The notes under the pieces: model-generated
Databases searched by the model: none
What the model saw: only the letters and a program-made list of their open reading frames with translations
Told to the model about the DNA's origin: nothing
Position numbers and translations under genes: made by a program
Shown here: in pieces, positions 1-8,643 of the stretch
How positions within the stretch are numbered: the stretch's first letter is position 1
Layout of the letters: each line of letters starts with the position of its first letter
Source: Acidobacteriota bacterium
GTDB taxonomy: Bacteria; Acidobacteriota; Thermoanaerobaculia; Gp7-AA8
Length of the DNA: 64,000 bases
Direction: 5' to 3'
Assembly: GCA_021781455.1 (NCBI GenBank)
Contig: JAJXWV010000033.1
Span: 201,169 to 265,168 of the forward strand

Positions 1-252
1 GACGTTGATGGACTGGAAGCCGGTGCCGATCGGCGTCGTCACCGGGCCCTTCAGGGCGAGCTTGTTGCGCAGGATGGAGTCGAGCACTTCCTGAGGCAGC
101 GGATCGCCGAACAGGGACAGGGCCTCGGAGCCGACGGAGTACTTCTCCCACTCGATGTCGACGCCCGAGCAGTCCAGGATGGCCACGACCGAGGCCGTGA
201 CCTCCGGCCCGATTCCGTCACCGGGGAGGAGCGTGATCTTGTGCGTTGCCAT
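1..252 (-). CDS. Isocitrate/isopropylmalate dehydrogenase family protein, N-terminal fragment; gene continues beyond the window start
   Basis: Reverse translation from ATG at 252 gives MATHKITLLPGDGIGPEV..., the classic N-terminus of NAD-IDH/LeuB-type beta-decarboxylating dehydrogenases. High GC3. Confidence 0.6.
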   Translation of the reverse strand, partial: MATHKITLLPGDGIGPEVTASVVAILDCSGVDIEWEKYSVGSEALSLFGDPLPQEVLDSILRNKLALKGPVTTPIGTGFQSINV

Positions 253-1327
253 TGCTGTAAATCCTTTCCGCGCGCTGGCGCGCCGCGTCGGCCGAGAAGT
301 CCATGGGCAGCAGCTCGCCGATGGGCCCGTACTCCGGCAGCTCGTGGAGACAGCGCCGGACGCTCTCGAGCGTCGGCGGGATGAACTCCAGATACCACAT
401 CCGGCCGCGGGTGATGGGCTGCTTGGAGAACGTTCCGAGAATCTTCAGAGAGCGCTGCAGGAGAGTTTCGAAATAGCGGCGTCGGATGGAGCGGCGCTCG
501 CCATGAGGGAGCTCGCTGCGGCCGGGCATGCCGACGGACCGCCATTCCGCGTAGTAGTCGACGAGCTCGAGCTCGGTGTCCTCACCGAGGAGGCGGGCCA
601 CTCCGCGGTCGCGGAGCAGGGAGGCCACGTCGTACGTGTCGGGGCCCATCCTCAGATCCTGAAAATCGATCACATACAATTTATCATTTACTATATGAAT
701 ATTCTGGCCATGATAATCACGATGACAAAGCACGTACGGATGTCGTGAAATGTTCAGGGCCAGCCGCCGGAACAGCGGATTCAGCTCCAGCGACTTCTCC
801 CCCTCCACTCCCATGAGCTGATGCACGTAGAACTCCCGCGACATCTCCAGCTCGTTGGCGAAGAAGTCGGCCGTGAATGGAGGGTTGATGTCCACCGCTC
901 CGCCGCGCTGGAAGTAGACCAGCAGGGTGACGGCCTTGCGGTACCACTTCACCCCCTCCTCGCGGCTCTGGTGCAGGAGGTCGAAAAGGGTCTGGTTGCC
1001 GATGTCCTGCTGCAGTGCCGCGCACTCATTGAACTCGAGCACCTTCGGCACGTATGCGTACTTCGACACCGCATCGTAGGCGGCCAGGTAACGCTGCAGC
1101 TCGGAGCGGACCTCGTCGGGATACCAGGCCATGACGTAGCTCTGCCCGTCGCCCGTGGTGACGCGATAGTAGACGCGCACGGAGGCGTCGCCGGTCAGTT
1201 GCGCGGCGTTCCATGCGTCGCCGAGCCATTTGCGAAGTGACGCGGTCGCGGTGTCGGGGAGTGCACTGCCAGGAGTCACAGAAAGGCGTCCAGCAAAGCG
1301 GCTGCCGGGGGGCTGGCCCGGCGCCAC
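218..1327 (-). CDS. Phosphotransferase-family kinase (APH/choline-kinase-like fold)
   Basis: 369 aa ORF with an HRDYHGQNIHI (HxDxxxxN) catalytic loop, a downstream DFQD motif and an N-terminal V..YYRV nucleotide-binding region. Overlaps the downstream dehydrogenase start by about 35 nt. Confidence 0.65.
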   Translation of the reverse strand: MAPGQPPGSRFAGRLSVTPGSALPDTATASLRKWLGDAWNAAQLTGDASVRVYYRVTTGDGQSYVMAWYPDEVRSELQRYLAAYDAVSKYAYVPKVLEFNECAALQQDIGNQTLFDLLHQSREEGVKWYRKAVTLLVYFQRGGAVDINPPFTADFFANELEMSREFYVHQLMGVEGEKSLELNPLFRRLALNISRHPYVLCHRDYHGQNIHIVNDKLYVIDFQDLRMGPDTYDVASLLRDRGVARLLGEDTELELVDYYAEWRSVGMPGRSELPHGERRSIRRRYFETLLQRSLKILGTFSKQPITRGRMWYLEFIPPTLESVRRCLHELPEYGPIGELLPMDFSADAARQRAERIYSNGNAQDHAPPR

Positions 1328-1411
1328 GCGGGGTTTCTCGGTTTCAAATGCGAATGCGAAGCGAGCCAGGCAGGCGGGCAGGTCGTGGCCTGCCCGCTGC
1401 TCGCGGTGAGC

Positions 1412-2137
1412 TCACTTCGGCGCCGGGCCCTTTTCGTCGGCCGTGGCGTCGCGGATGGTGATCGACTCGATCGTGGTCGGCTTGTTCGGCCGGTCGTTCT
1501 CGCCACGCGGCGCGTTCACGATCTTGTCGGCCACGTCCATTCCCTTCGTAACCTGGCCGAAGGCGGTGTACTGGCCGTCCAGCGACGGGTAGTCCGCCAC
1601 CATGATGAAAAACTGCGACGACGCACTGTCCGGATCAGAGGAGCGCGCCATCGAGACGATGCCTCTCTTGTGCTTGACGCTGTTGAACTCGGCCTTCAGG
1701 TACTTGCCTGAGCCGCCCCGGCCCCACGAGCTCACGTCGGCGGTTTTCGTGTTCGGGTCGCCGCCCTGGATCATGAATCCCGGGATCACGCGGTGGAACT
1801 TCGTGCCGTTGTAGAAGCCCTGCCGGGCCAGGTCGAGGAAGTTCTTCACGTGATTCGGCGCGACGTCGGGAAAGAAGCGGATGTCGATCTCGCCGGCGGT
1901 CGTATGCAGCACCGCGACTTTGTCCTTGTAATCACTCATCGGTTTCTCCTCCTGGTCCGCGCTCGTCGTCGCCGCCGCGGTGTTCGTGCTCTCCGTCGCG
2001 GCGGCCGTCGTGGCCGTCGTCTCGGTGACGGTCGTGGCCGTCGTCGAGCTCTCGGTGGTGGTGGTCTGCGTCTGGGCCTGCTTCTCGCCGCAGGCGATCA
2101 CTGCGAGCGCCAGAGCGGCAAAGATCATGTTCTTCAC
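1412..2137 (-). CDS. Cyclophilin-type peptidyl-prolyl cis-trans isomerase; lipoprotein with Thr-rich linker
   Basis: Signal peptide with lipobox LAVIAC, then a T/A-rich low-complexity linker, then the cyclophilin core (FHRVIPGFMIQGGDP...). RBS AAGGAGG upstream of the ATG. Confidence 0.85.
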   Translation of the reverse strand: MKNMIFAALALAVIACGEKQAQTQTTTTESSTTATTVTETTATTAAATESTNTAAATTSADQEEKPMSDYKDKVAVLHTTAGEIDIRFFPDVAPNHVKNFLDLARQGFYNGTKFHRVIPGFMIQGGDPNTKTADVSSWGRGGSGKYLKAEFNSVKHKRGIVSMARSSDPDSASSQFFIMVADYPSLDGQYTAFGQVTKGMDVADKIVNAPRGENDRPNKPTTIESITIRDATADEKGPAPK

Positions 2138-2253
2138 GGTGTCCTCCTTGGAGGCGCGATCCTATCAGCGGGTAGCGGGTAGCGGCTAGGAAGAGCGAGG
2201 AGAGACGAGCGAGCATCGGGCACCAGAACGGCTGCCGCCTTCCTGCCCGCTCC

Positions 2254-3813
2254 TCAGGGCATCATGGGCGAGACCAGCGGGTTGCGCACTTCGCCCGTGA
2301 TCAGGATGTCGCCGTCGGTGGCGTAGAGCTCGACGCGGTCGCCGCCGCCGTTCACCTTGCCGGTGGCGCGAATGCGGGTCTTGCCGCTGCCGGCCGGCTC
2401 GCGCCGGATCGAAAGGCCGTTGAAATCGCTGCGGATCGAGTTGGCATCCGCGTCGGAGGTGAGGATCGTCGCGTCGATGTCGGCCGCGAAGTGCGGCGTC
2501 ACGTTGAGGACCACGTTCCCCTCCAGCGACTTGGCGACGACGGTCTGCGTCCTCACGCCGGGGTCGAGGCTGATCGTCACGTCGCCCGATCGCGTGTCGG
2601 CGTAGACCGGGCCGCTCGTGGAACGGACCGTGATGTCCCCGCCGCCGGAGTGCAGCGTCAGGCCCCCTGCGGCGTAGATGACCCGGATCATCCCCCCGTC
2701 GGTCCAGAGCGTCCCTCCGGAACGGGCGGTGTTGACCACGATGTCGCCGGCGCCGGTGCGCGCGTTCATCGGTCCGAACATGTCTCCGAAGGTGAGCGGG
2801 CCGCCCCGAGTGGAGACGATGCACTGCCCGGTCACCATGCCGAGCTGGACCAGGCCGGCCCGCGTGGTGATCTTGACGTTGCCGTGGACCTGTCCGATCT
2901 GAACGTCGCCCAGGCCGCTGGTAAATTCGAAGTTGCCGTCCACGACCTGCCTCTGAACCGCTCGTGGCACCACCGGCCCGATCGAGTCAGCGGCACCCTG
3001 CGGGACCAGCAGCGTGCGCACCGATTGCGCCTGCGCGATCGGCGTCCCCTTCCGAAAAATCACCACGTTCCCCATCATGGCGATGGTAGTGAGGACCGGG
3101 CCGCGCGGCGAGTTGACGAAGCCGCGGAAGTTCGCGCCGTCGTAGCTGCCGCGGACCATCAGGTTCGACCTGAATTCGCCGCGGAGGGTCTGCGCGTTCC
3201 AGCGGAAGGCCGCATCAGGAGCAACCGCCACCTGAATCTCGCCGTTCACCGTCTGCAGTTGCGTGTTGGCGGCCAGCCGTCCGTTGGGATCGAAGTAGAT
3301 GCTTCCATTGGCCGTGTCCACGCTGGCTGCGCCGGTGACGTTGTCGAGTACAACCGCACCGTTGATGTTCTTCACCGAGACCGCACCGGTGGTGCCGGTG
3401 ATGTGAATGCGATCGCTGAGCTGCGACAGGATTCTCACCTGCATCGTCCGCGGCACGCGGGCGGTGAAGGCCACCGAGGCGAACCAGCGCGGGTTGTGGA
3501 CGAGCGGAGTGGCCGTCTTGACCACCAGCGTCTGGCGGTTGATGGTCGTGTAGATCTGGGTCTGGTCGCGGGCTTCCTTCACGGCAGCCGAATCGGCGCC
3601 CCTCAAAGCGATTTCCGCGCTGAGCGTGATCACCGGCGAGTCAGTGCCGATGATCTCGATGTTGCCGAAGGGATTGTCGATCCAGAGCGTGCCGTCCGGC
3701 TCGATTTGAAAATCCTTGCTGTACCGCTCCGTTTTGGAGAAGGTCGCAGGCCATGCTGCGACTGCGCAGAAAAGCACCGCGGCCGCGAAGAGGAATGGTT
3801 TCGGGGATCTCAT
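2254..3813 (-). CDS. DUF4097 / putative adhesin family all-beta exported protein
   Basis: 519 aa with a signal peptide and repetitive G/T/V-rich beta-strand repeats typical of DUF4097. 4-nt overlap with the upstream anti-sigma gene, consistent with a sigma/anti-sigma/DUF4097 operon. Confidence 0.7.
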   Translation of the reverse strand: MRSPKPFLFAAAVLFCAVAAWPATFSKTERYSKDFQIEPDGTLWIDNPFGNIEIIGTDSPVITLSAEIALRGADSAAVKEARDQTQIYTTINRQTLVVKTATPLVHNPRWFASVAFTARVPRTMQVRILSQLSDRIHITGTTGAVSVKNINGAVVLDNVTGAASVDTANGSIYFDPNGRLAANTQLQTVNGEIQVAVAPDAAFRWNAQTLRGEFRSNLMVRGSYDGANFRGFVNSPRGPVLTTIAMMGNVVIFRKGTPIAQAQSVRTLLVPQGAADSIGPVVPRAVQRQVVDGNFEFTSGLGDVQIGQVHGNVKITTRAGLVQLGMVTGQCIVSTRGGPLTFGDMFGPMNARTGAGDIVVNTARSGGTLWTDGGMIRVIYAAGGLTLHSGGGDITVRSTSGPVYADTRSGDVTISLDPGVRTQTVVAKSLEGNVVLNVTPHFAADIDATILTSDADANSIRSDFNGLSIRREPAGSGKTRIRATGKVNGGGDRVELYATDGDILITGEVRNPLVSPMMP

Positions 3814-4835
3814 TGCTGGTGGATCTTGCTCAGGGCCTCTGCTGCTTTGACGCGCACGTACAGGTTTTCGTCACCCTGGGCCACTTTCTGGCGCAGCGAG
3901 TCGACGGCCTCCGCGTCGAGAGCCTGACCGCTGCCGGCCATCTTCGAGAGAGCCTCCACGGCCTTGATGCGGACCGACGGATTGGGATCGTTCTTCAGCG
4001 CATCGATGAGCGCGTCGCGGGTCACTTCACCATTGGAGGTGACGCGGGCGGGCAGCTTCTGGAGCGTGTCGACGGCGCGGATGCGCACGCCTTCGCGCTG
4101 CTCGTTGCGCAGAATCCCCGCCAGCGCCTGCGCGATCTCCGTATTCGCATACTGCGGCTGCGAGTAGGTCTGACGGACCCAGTCGATCGCCTGCGAGCGC
4201 GCCGGAGACGTCTTTTCTTCGTTCTGCAGCACGTAGGACAGCAGGCGGACCATGCTCTTGTCGGTCGGGCTGCCCGTCACGGTCACATGCGAGGTGAGGT
4301 CGAAAGCCACCCCGATCTGACCGTCGCTCGGATCGGCATCGACGAACTGGACATGCTGGATGTCCGGACGACCTTCGATGTTGGGACTGACCGCGGTCGC
4401 CGGAAGCACACGGGTCTCGGCAATCGAGTAGACCGGCTGCGCGCCGACCAGCGGGCGCAGCGCGGCCACGGTGGCCGGCTGCGAAAAGAGGCGCAGCGGT
4501 GCGGCGCGATGCCCGGTGAAATACGCCGCCCCGGCCACGAGCACCACTCCCGCAGCCTGCGCCACCCACCTCACCACAGGACGCCGGTGGAAGGGGACGA
4601 CCACAGCCTGCTGCCGGGGCATGACCTCGTCGAGGAAGCGCTCACGGGCGCGCGCCGGCACTGCCACGGCGGGCAGGGCGCCGAGGATCTGCCAGGTATC
4701 CTTGAACGAAAGCCACTCTTCACCGCACGCTGCACAGGTCTCGATGTGCCGGTGCGCGGTCTCGCGGCTGGCCGGGTCGAGCGACTCGGCCAACAGAAGC
4801 GGCAGGCTCTCTCTCACGACATGGCATTCAGACAT
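3810..4835 (-). CDS. Zinc-finger anti-sigma factor with C-terminal HEAT (PBS-lyase-like) repeats
   Basis: N-terminal HRHIETCAAC (HxxxCxxC) zinc-binding anti-sigma motif, a central TM segment and C-terminal repeats of (V/I)R..A..AL. Lies immediately downstream of the ECF sigma gene and overlaps it. Confidence 0.7.
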   Translation of the reverse strand: MSECHVVRESLPLLLAESLDPASRETAHRHIETCAACGEEWLSFKDTWQILGALPAVAVPARARERFLDEVMPRQQAVVVPFHRRPVVRWVAQAAGVVLVAGAAYFTGHRAAPLRLFSQPATVAALRPLVGAQPVYSIAETRVLPATAVSPNIEGRPDIQHVQFVDADPSDGQIGVAFDLTSHVTVTGSPTDKSMVRLLSYVLQNEEKTSPARSQAIDWVRQTYSQPQYANTEIAQALAGILRNEQREGVRIRAVDTLQKLPARVTSNGEVTRDALIDALKNDPNPSVRIKAVEALSKMAGSGQALDAEAVDSLRQKVAQGDENLYVRVKAAEALSKIHQQ

Positions 4836-5394
4836 CGGTCACCTCCGCGCGCGTCCACGGACAGCAGCTTCTTGAGCGTCTCCATGGCCCGGAACACGCG
4901 CGTCTTGACGGCACCCTCGCTGCAGCCGGCGATCTGGGCGATCTCCGCATACGACAGCCCCTGGTAGCGCGACAGCAGAATGGCCTCGCGCTGCTCGGCC
5001 GTGAGCTCCTGCAGCGCACGCTGGATGCGCAGCGCGTTCTCCCGCTGCTCGAGCGTCCGGTCGGGGCTCTGGTCGGCCGGCGCGGGGAGCGTCACCAGGA
5101 CGTCCTCGCTCTCCTTGACCTTGTTGTCGGCCTTGCGGAGATAGTCCCGGCACCAGTTGGCGGTAATCGAAAACAGCCAGGTCGACAGCTTGGCGTCTCC
5201 CTGAAACTGATTCGCGTGCTTGATCATCTTCACGAACACTTCCTGCGTGGCATCCTCGGCCGCCTCGGCGCTCTTCAGAAAACGGAGGGCGAAGTTGTAG
5301 ATCCGGCCGCTGTAGCGGTCGTAAATCTCGGATGCCGGGGAGAAGTCACCCCCCTGAACGATCCTCATCAACTCCTGATCGCTCAGGTGTTTCA
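4814..5394 (-). CDS. ECF-type RNA polymerase sigma-70 factor
   Basis: Sigma-70 region 2 (ATQEVFVKM...WLFSITANWCRDYLR) and region 4 (LSYAEIAQIAGCSEGAVKTRVFRA). Start chosen at MKHLSDQEL, which has a GGGGAG RBS. The track ORF extends to 5464. Confidence 0.85.
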
Positions 5395-5515
5395 TCTCCC
5401 CTGGTTCTCTCCCCTTCGACGGCGGCATGGCAGAAAGGTTACGGACGATCCCGATGCGCAACAACGCGGATGGACGTTTGATTCGTTCCGGATGAGCCCG
5501 GACGCGGTTACGTGG

Positions 5516-6766
5516 TTACGTGGTGGCTGGAGTGGGCCCACCAGTCGGCTCACTCGCCGCGGAACCGCGTGACTGCGCGACCGCGTAACCCCCCGCTGCT
5601 GGATCCTCTACCTCGATACTAGCAATGACGAGCGCGAAAACGTCCAGCATCAGGTAGAACACCTCCGTATCCCCGAAGTTGAACTCGAACAACCCGGCGC
5701 AGGCGAGCGCGACCGCCACCGCCGCTCCGGCCTGCGCCCAGCGGCGTGCCGGCCCCGACCAGGCTCGTGCACATTCGCGGAGGAAGAAGAACAACAGCAG
5801 AACGTACGCGACAAGGGCCACGATGCCGCGCTCAGCCCAGATCTGGACCACGTTGTTGTGGAGGTGCGGCACGCGGTAGCGGGGCGCGTCGTGCATGCGG
5901 TAGAGCGGATAGAGCTGCTTGATGTTCGCCGGGCCGACGCCGAACAGCGGGTAATCGCGGATGATCTCGACGCCCGCCTGGACCATGCGGATCCGGTCGA
6001 AGTTCGACTCCTGCTTCGTGCTGAAGACCGAGGCGAAGCGCGCAAAAATCGGCAGCGGAGCAAAGGTGAGGAACAGGATCGCCACCGGTACGGCGTAGGC
6101 GATCCAGCGCGGCCGCGTGAACAGGAGCACCACCGCCATTGCCAGGACCCACGCCAGCCACGCGCTCCGCGTATACGTCAACAGCAACGCCACCGTGGAG
6201 AGCGCGGCCGGAACCAACATCCAGTGCCTGCGCGTGTGAATCCAGAGGATGGCAAAGAGAATGGCCAGCGGCATCAGCTCGCCCGAGAAGGTCATGACGT
6301 GGGGGGCCGTCCCTGTGATGCGATGCTCCAGATCGTGCCGCCCCTCGAAGACGTACTGGACGAGGCCGTCGCTCGCGGCCCACGTGACGAAAACCGCGTG
6401 GGCATACAACGCCAGTCCGCGCATCCGCGGGAGCTCGCGGAAGAGGATCAGCGCCGTCGGGAAGATCAGCATCTTGACCCAGAGCATGTTCTCGCCGAAG
6501 GAATGGATGTGCCTTGGCGCGACGAACGAGGAGATCGTCGAAGCGATGCCGTAGAGCGCCAGCGGATAGTAGAGGACGTGAACGGAGGGGCGGATCTGAC
6601 GTCTGGCAAGCGCCCACGCCAGAAGCAACAGCGCCAGCCCGCCTGTGATCTCGGAGAGCGCGATCTTCCCCTGGAAAACGAGGTGAGCGAGGTAGAAGAA
6701 AGCCGACCAGCGCACCAGCGGCGGCAGGTTCTCGGGAAGGCGAAGCAGTCTCTTGGGGCCGAGCAC
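5516..6766 (-). CDS. O-antigen ligase family (Wzy_C/WaaL-like) polytopic membrane protein
   Basis: About 10 TM helices and the characteristic LLTYTRSAWLAWVLA segment of O-antigen polymerase/ligase domains. Confidence 0.75.
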   Translation of the reverse strand: MLGPKRLLRLPENLPPLVRWSAFFYLAHLVFQGKIALSEITGGLALLLLAWALARRQIRPSVHVLYYPLALYGIASTISSFVAPRHIHSFGENMLWVKMLIFPTALILFRELPRMRGLALYAHAVFVTWAASDGLVQYVFEGRHDLEHRITGTAPHVMTFSGELMPLAILFAILWIHTRRHWMLVPAALSTVALLLTYTRSAWLAWVLAMAVVLLFTRPRWIAYAVPVAILFLTFAPLPIFARFASVFSTKQESNFDRIRMVQAGVEIIRDYPLFGVGPANIKQLYPLYRMHDAPRYRVPHLHNNVVQIWAERGIVALVAYVLLLFFFLRECARAWSGPARRWAQAGAAVAVALACAGLFEFNFGDTEVFYLMLDVFALVIASIEVEDPAAGGYAVAQSRGSAASEPTGGPTPATT

Positions 6767-6792
6767 GCGCCTGGGCGCCTACGCCGCGCCTT

Positions 6793-7032
6793 TCATGCTT
6801 CGTCGAACGCTTCTTCGACGAGCATCACCGGGATGTCGCTGACGATCGGGTAAACCCGGTGGCATTTGACACACTGCAGCCCCTGCTCGACGACCGGTTC
6901 TTCGCCGCGGAACTTGTCGCGGTACTTGTCGCGAACGGCCGTCCGCTTCGCCTCGGAAAGAGGCACGAGCTTGACTTCCTGCTTGCAGAGCGGGCAGGCG
7001 AGGATTTCGAGCAGTTCGTTGTCGATCGCCAT
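6793..7032 (-). CDS. Trm112-family (DUF343) small zinc-ribbon-like protein
   Basis: MAIDNELLEILACPLCKQEV...LQCVKCHRVYPIVSDIPVMLVEEA matches the Trm112p-like fold. The longer track ORF 6793..7206 is an artefact of read-through into the GGGTAGC repeat, which translates as PATRYPL. Confidence 0.7.
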   Translation of the reverse strand: MAIDNELLEILACPLCKQEVKLVPLSEAKRTAVRDKYRDKFRGEEPVVEQGLQCVKCHRVYPIVSDIPVMLVEEAFDEA

Positions 7033-7077
7033 TTCGCGCGAACTATACAGATCGAATACGCGACTGGCCAGTCCGAG

Positions 7078-7470
7078 CGGGTAGCGGGTAGCGGGTAGCG
7101 GGTAGCGGGTAGCGGGTAGCGGGTAGCGGGTAGCGGGTAGCGGCCAAAGATAGGCGTTCGCACATGAGTCAGCTGAATTGTTCGAGATGCAGCTAATCGC
7201 TCGCATGTTTTCTGACCACAGAGCACACAGAGAGCACTGAGTTCATCGCGCAGGCGTCTCCGTGTTCTCTGTGCTCTCTGTGGTTAAGAAAACCCGTCCC
7301 CGGCGCCGACACTCGAACAGCCTACCCGCTGAAGTTCCGGAAGAGCCCTGAATTCAGAACGCAGAATTCAGAATGAAGATCGAAGGCCAGAGCGCCGGAT
7401 CGTCCTGCCTCTGCCCGCTCGTCTCCTCAGACGTCCTGCTCCCTACCCGCTACCCGCTACCCGCTACCCG
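7078..7470. repeat. Inverted arrays of tandem GGGTAGC heptamers (7078-7144 forward, 7441-7470 reverse) bracketing a roughly 300-bp lower-GC loop; the loop contains a second hairpin (ccacagagcacacagagagcac / gtgttctctgtgctctctgtgg)
   Basis: Direct reading: about 9 heptamer units on the left, 4 reverse-complement units on the right. The same heptamer occurs at 2165-2190 and 34166-34266. Confidence 0.8.
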
Positions 7471-7491
7471 CTCGTCTATCATTCGCCGCAC

Positions 7492-8556
7492 GTGAGAATC
7501 CTCCATCTCGCCGCCGGCAACCGATGGACAGGAGCGGCTGCTCCCGCCTTTGCGGAAGTGGATGCGCTCCGCGCCGCGGGCGTCGACGCGCACTACGCGT
7601 ACGTCGGCGGCTACAAGCTCGAGCGAAAGCTGGCCGACGTCGCCTTCGCCCATCCATTCATCGAGAAGGCGCAGAACCCCGCCTCGTTTCTGCGAACGCT
7701 GCGCGCGCTGGCGTCGCTGGGGAAGTTCGACATCGTTCACGCGCATCTGACCTGGGACCATTGGGTGGGACGTTTTCTGGCCCGCCGCAGCGGCGCGCTC
7801 CTGGCGCGCACGTTCCACTCGCGGCGGGTGCTGCGCTCCGATCCATTCACGCGCTCTCTCATCGCCCGGACGGCGGTCCTCTGTGCCGTAAACGCCACAT
7901 TCATCGATGCACCGCCGGTCCGACGGCGCGGAGCGCTCTTTACGCCACCGCCCGTCGACCACCGCCAGTTCACCCCGGACGGCGGCGACGTCCGCTCCGC
8001 ATACGGAATCGAACGTTCCGCGCCGCTGGTCGCCGCCATCGGCAAGCTGTCGGCCGGGCGCGGCTTCGAGACCGCGTTGCGAACGTTCCAGCGGATCCGG
8101 ACGCAGATCCCCGCGGCGCGAATGATGATCATCGGACACGGCGAGCACCGCCCCCGTCTGGAGGCGCTCGCGGCAGAGCTCGGCATCGCCGCCGACCTCG
8201 TGTGGGCCGGCTACCACGAAGACGATCTCGCGGCGCACTATCGGGCCGCCAACGTTCTGCTGTTCACCGAGCGCGGCTCCGACGAGGGGCACCGCGCCGT
8301 GCTCGAGGCCATGGCCTGCGGCGTGCCTCCGGTGGCGGCGCCGATCACAGGAATCGAGGCGCTGCTCCGTCCGTTCGAGAGGCAACTGGTTGCCGCGGAA
8401 CGCGTGCCCGAATCGATCGCCAGGACGGCCATCGCGGTCCTGCTCGGCAACAGCCCCGCTGGCGCCGAGCTTGCTGCAGCCACACAGCAGTTCGGTTACG
8501 GCGCATCCGCGGAGCGCCTCTCGAGCGCCTATGAACGTGCAATGGCGCGTTCATAA
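7492..8556 (+). CDS. Glycosyltransferase family 4 (GT-B, group 1)
   Basis: GTG start. C-terminal EAMACGVPPVA-type nucleotide-sugar binding motif and the overall GT4 layout. Confidence 0.75.
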   Translation: MRILHLAAGNRWTGAAAPAFAEVDALRAAGVDAHYAYVGGYKLERKLADVAFAHPFIEKAQNPASFLRTLRALASLGKFDIVHAHLTWDHWVGRFLARRSGALLARTFHSRRVLRSDPFTRSLIARTAVLCAVNATFIDAPPVRRRGALFTPPPVDHRQFTPDGGDVRSAYGIERSAPLVAAIGKLSAGRGFETALRTFQRIRTQIPAARMMIIGHGEHRPRLEALAAELGIAADLVWAGYHEDDLAAHYRAANVLLFTERGSDEGHRAVLEAMACGVPPVAAPITGIEALLRPFERQLVAAERVPESIARTAIAVLLGNSPAGAELAAATQQFGYGASAERLSSAYERAMARS

Positions 8557-8643
8557 ATCGCAAAACAATCGCAAAAGGCGTGAACCCTGATTGCGCGCCC
8601 TCTGCTCCGGGCGGAAAATGAGACCGGGTCCCAACATTCTCCG

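Noticed and set aside
2491-3927. Long ORFs on the opposite strand of annotated genes: 2491-3927, 13676-15445, 17760-19277, 45246-47093, 55118-57334, 57353-59509, 3753-4967 and others
   Set aside because: In roughly 68% GC DNA, stop codons are rare in antisense and off frames. These ORFs are Arg/Ala/Gly-rich with low complexity, have no domain signatures, and fully overlap well-supported genes.
6793-7206. Longer 137-aa version of the Trm112-like ORF
   Set aside because: The N-terminal extension is a translation of the GGGTAGC heptamer array (PATRYPL repeats). The conserved Trm112 sequence begins at the internal Met (7032).
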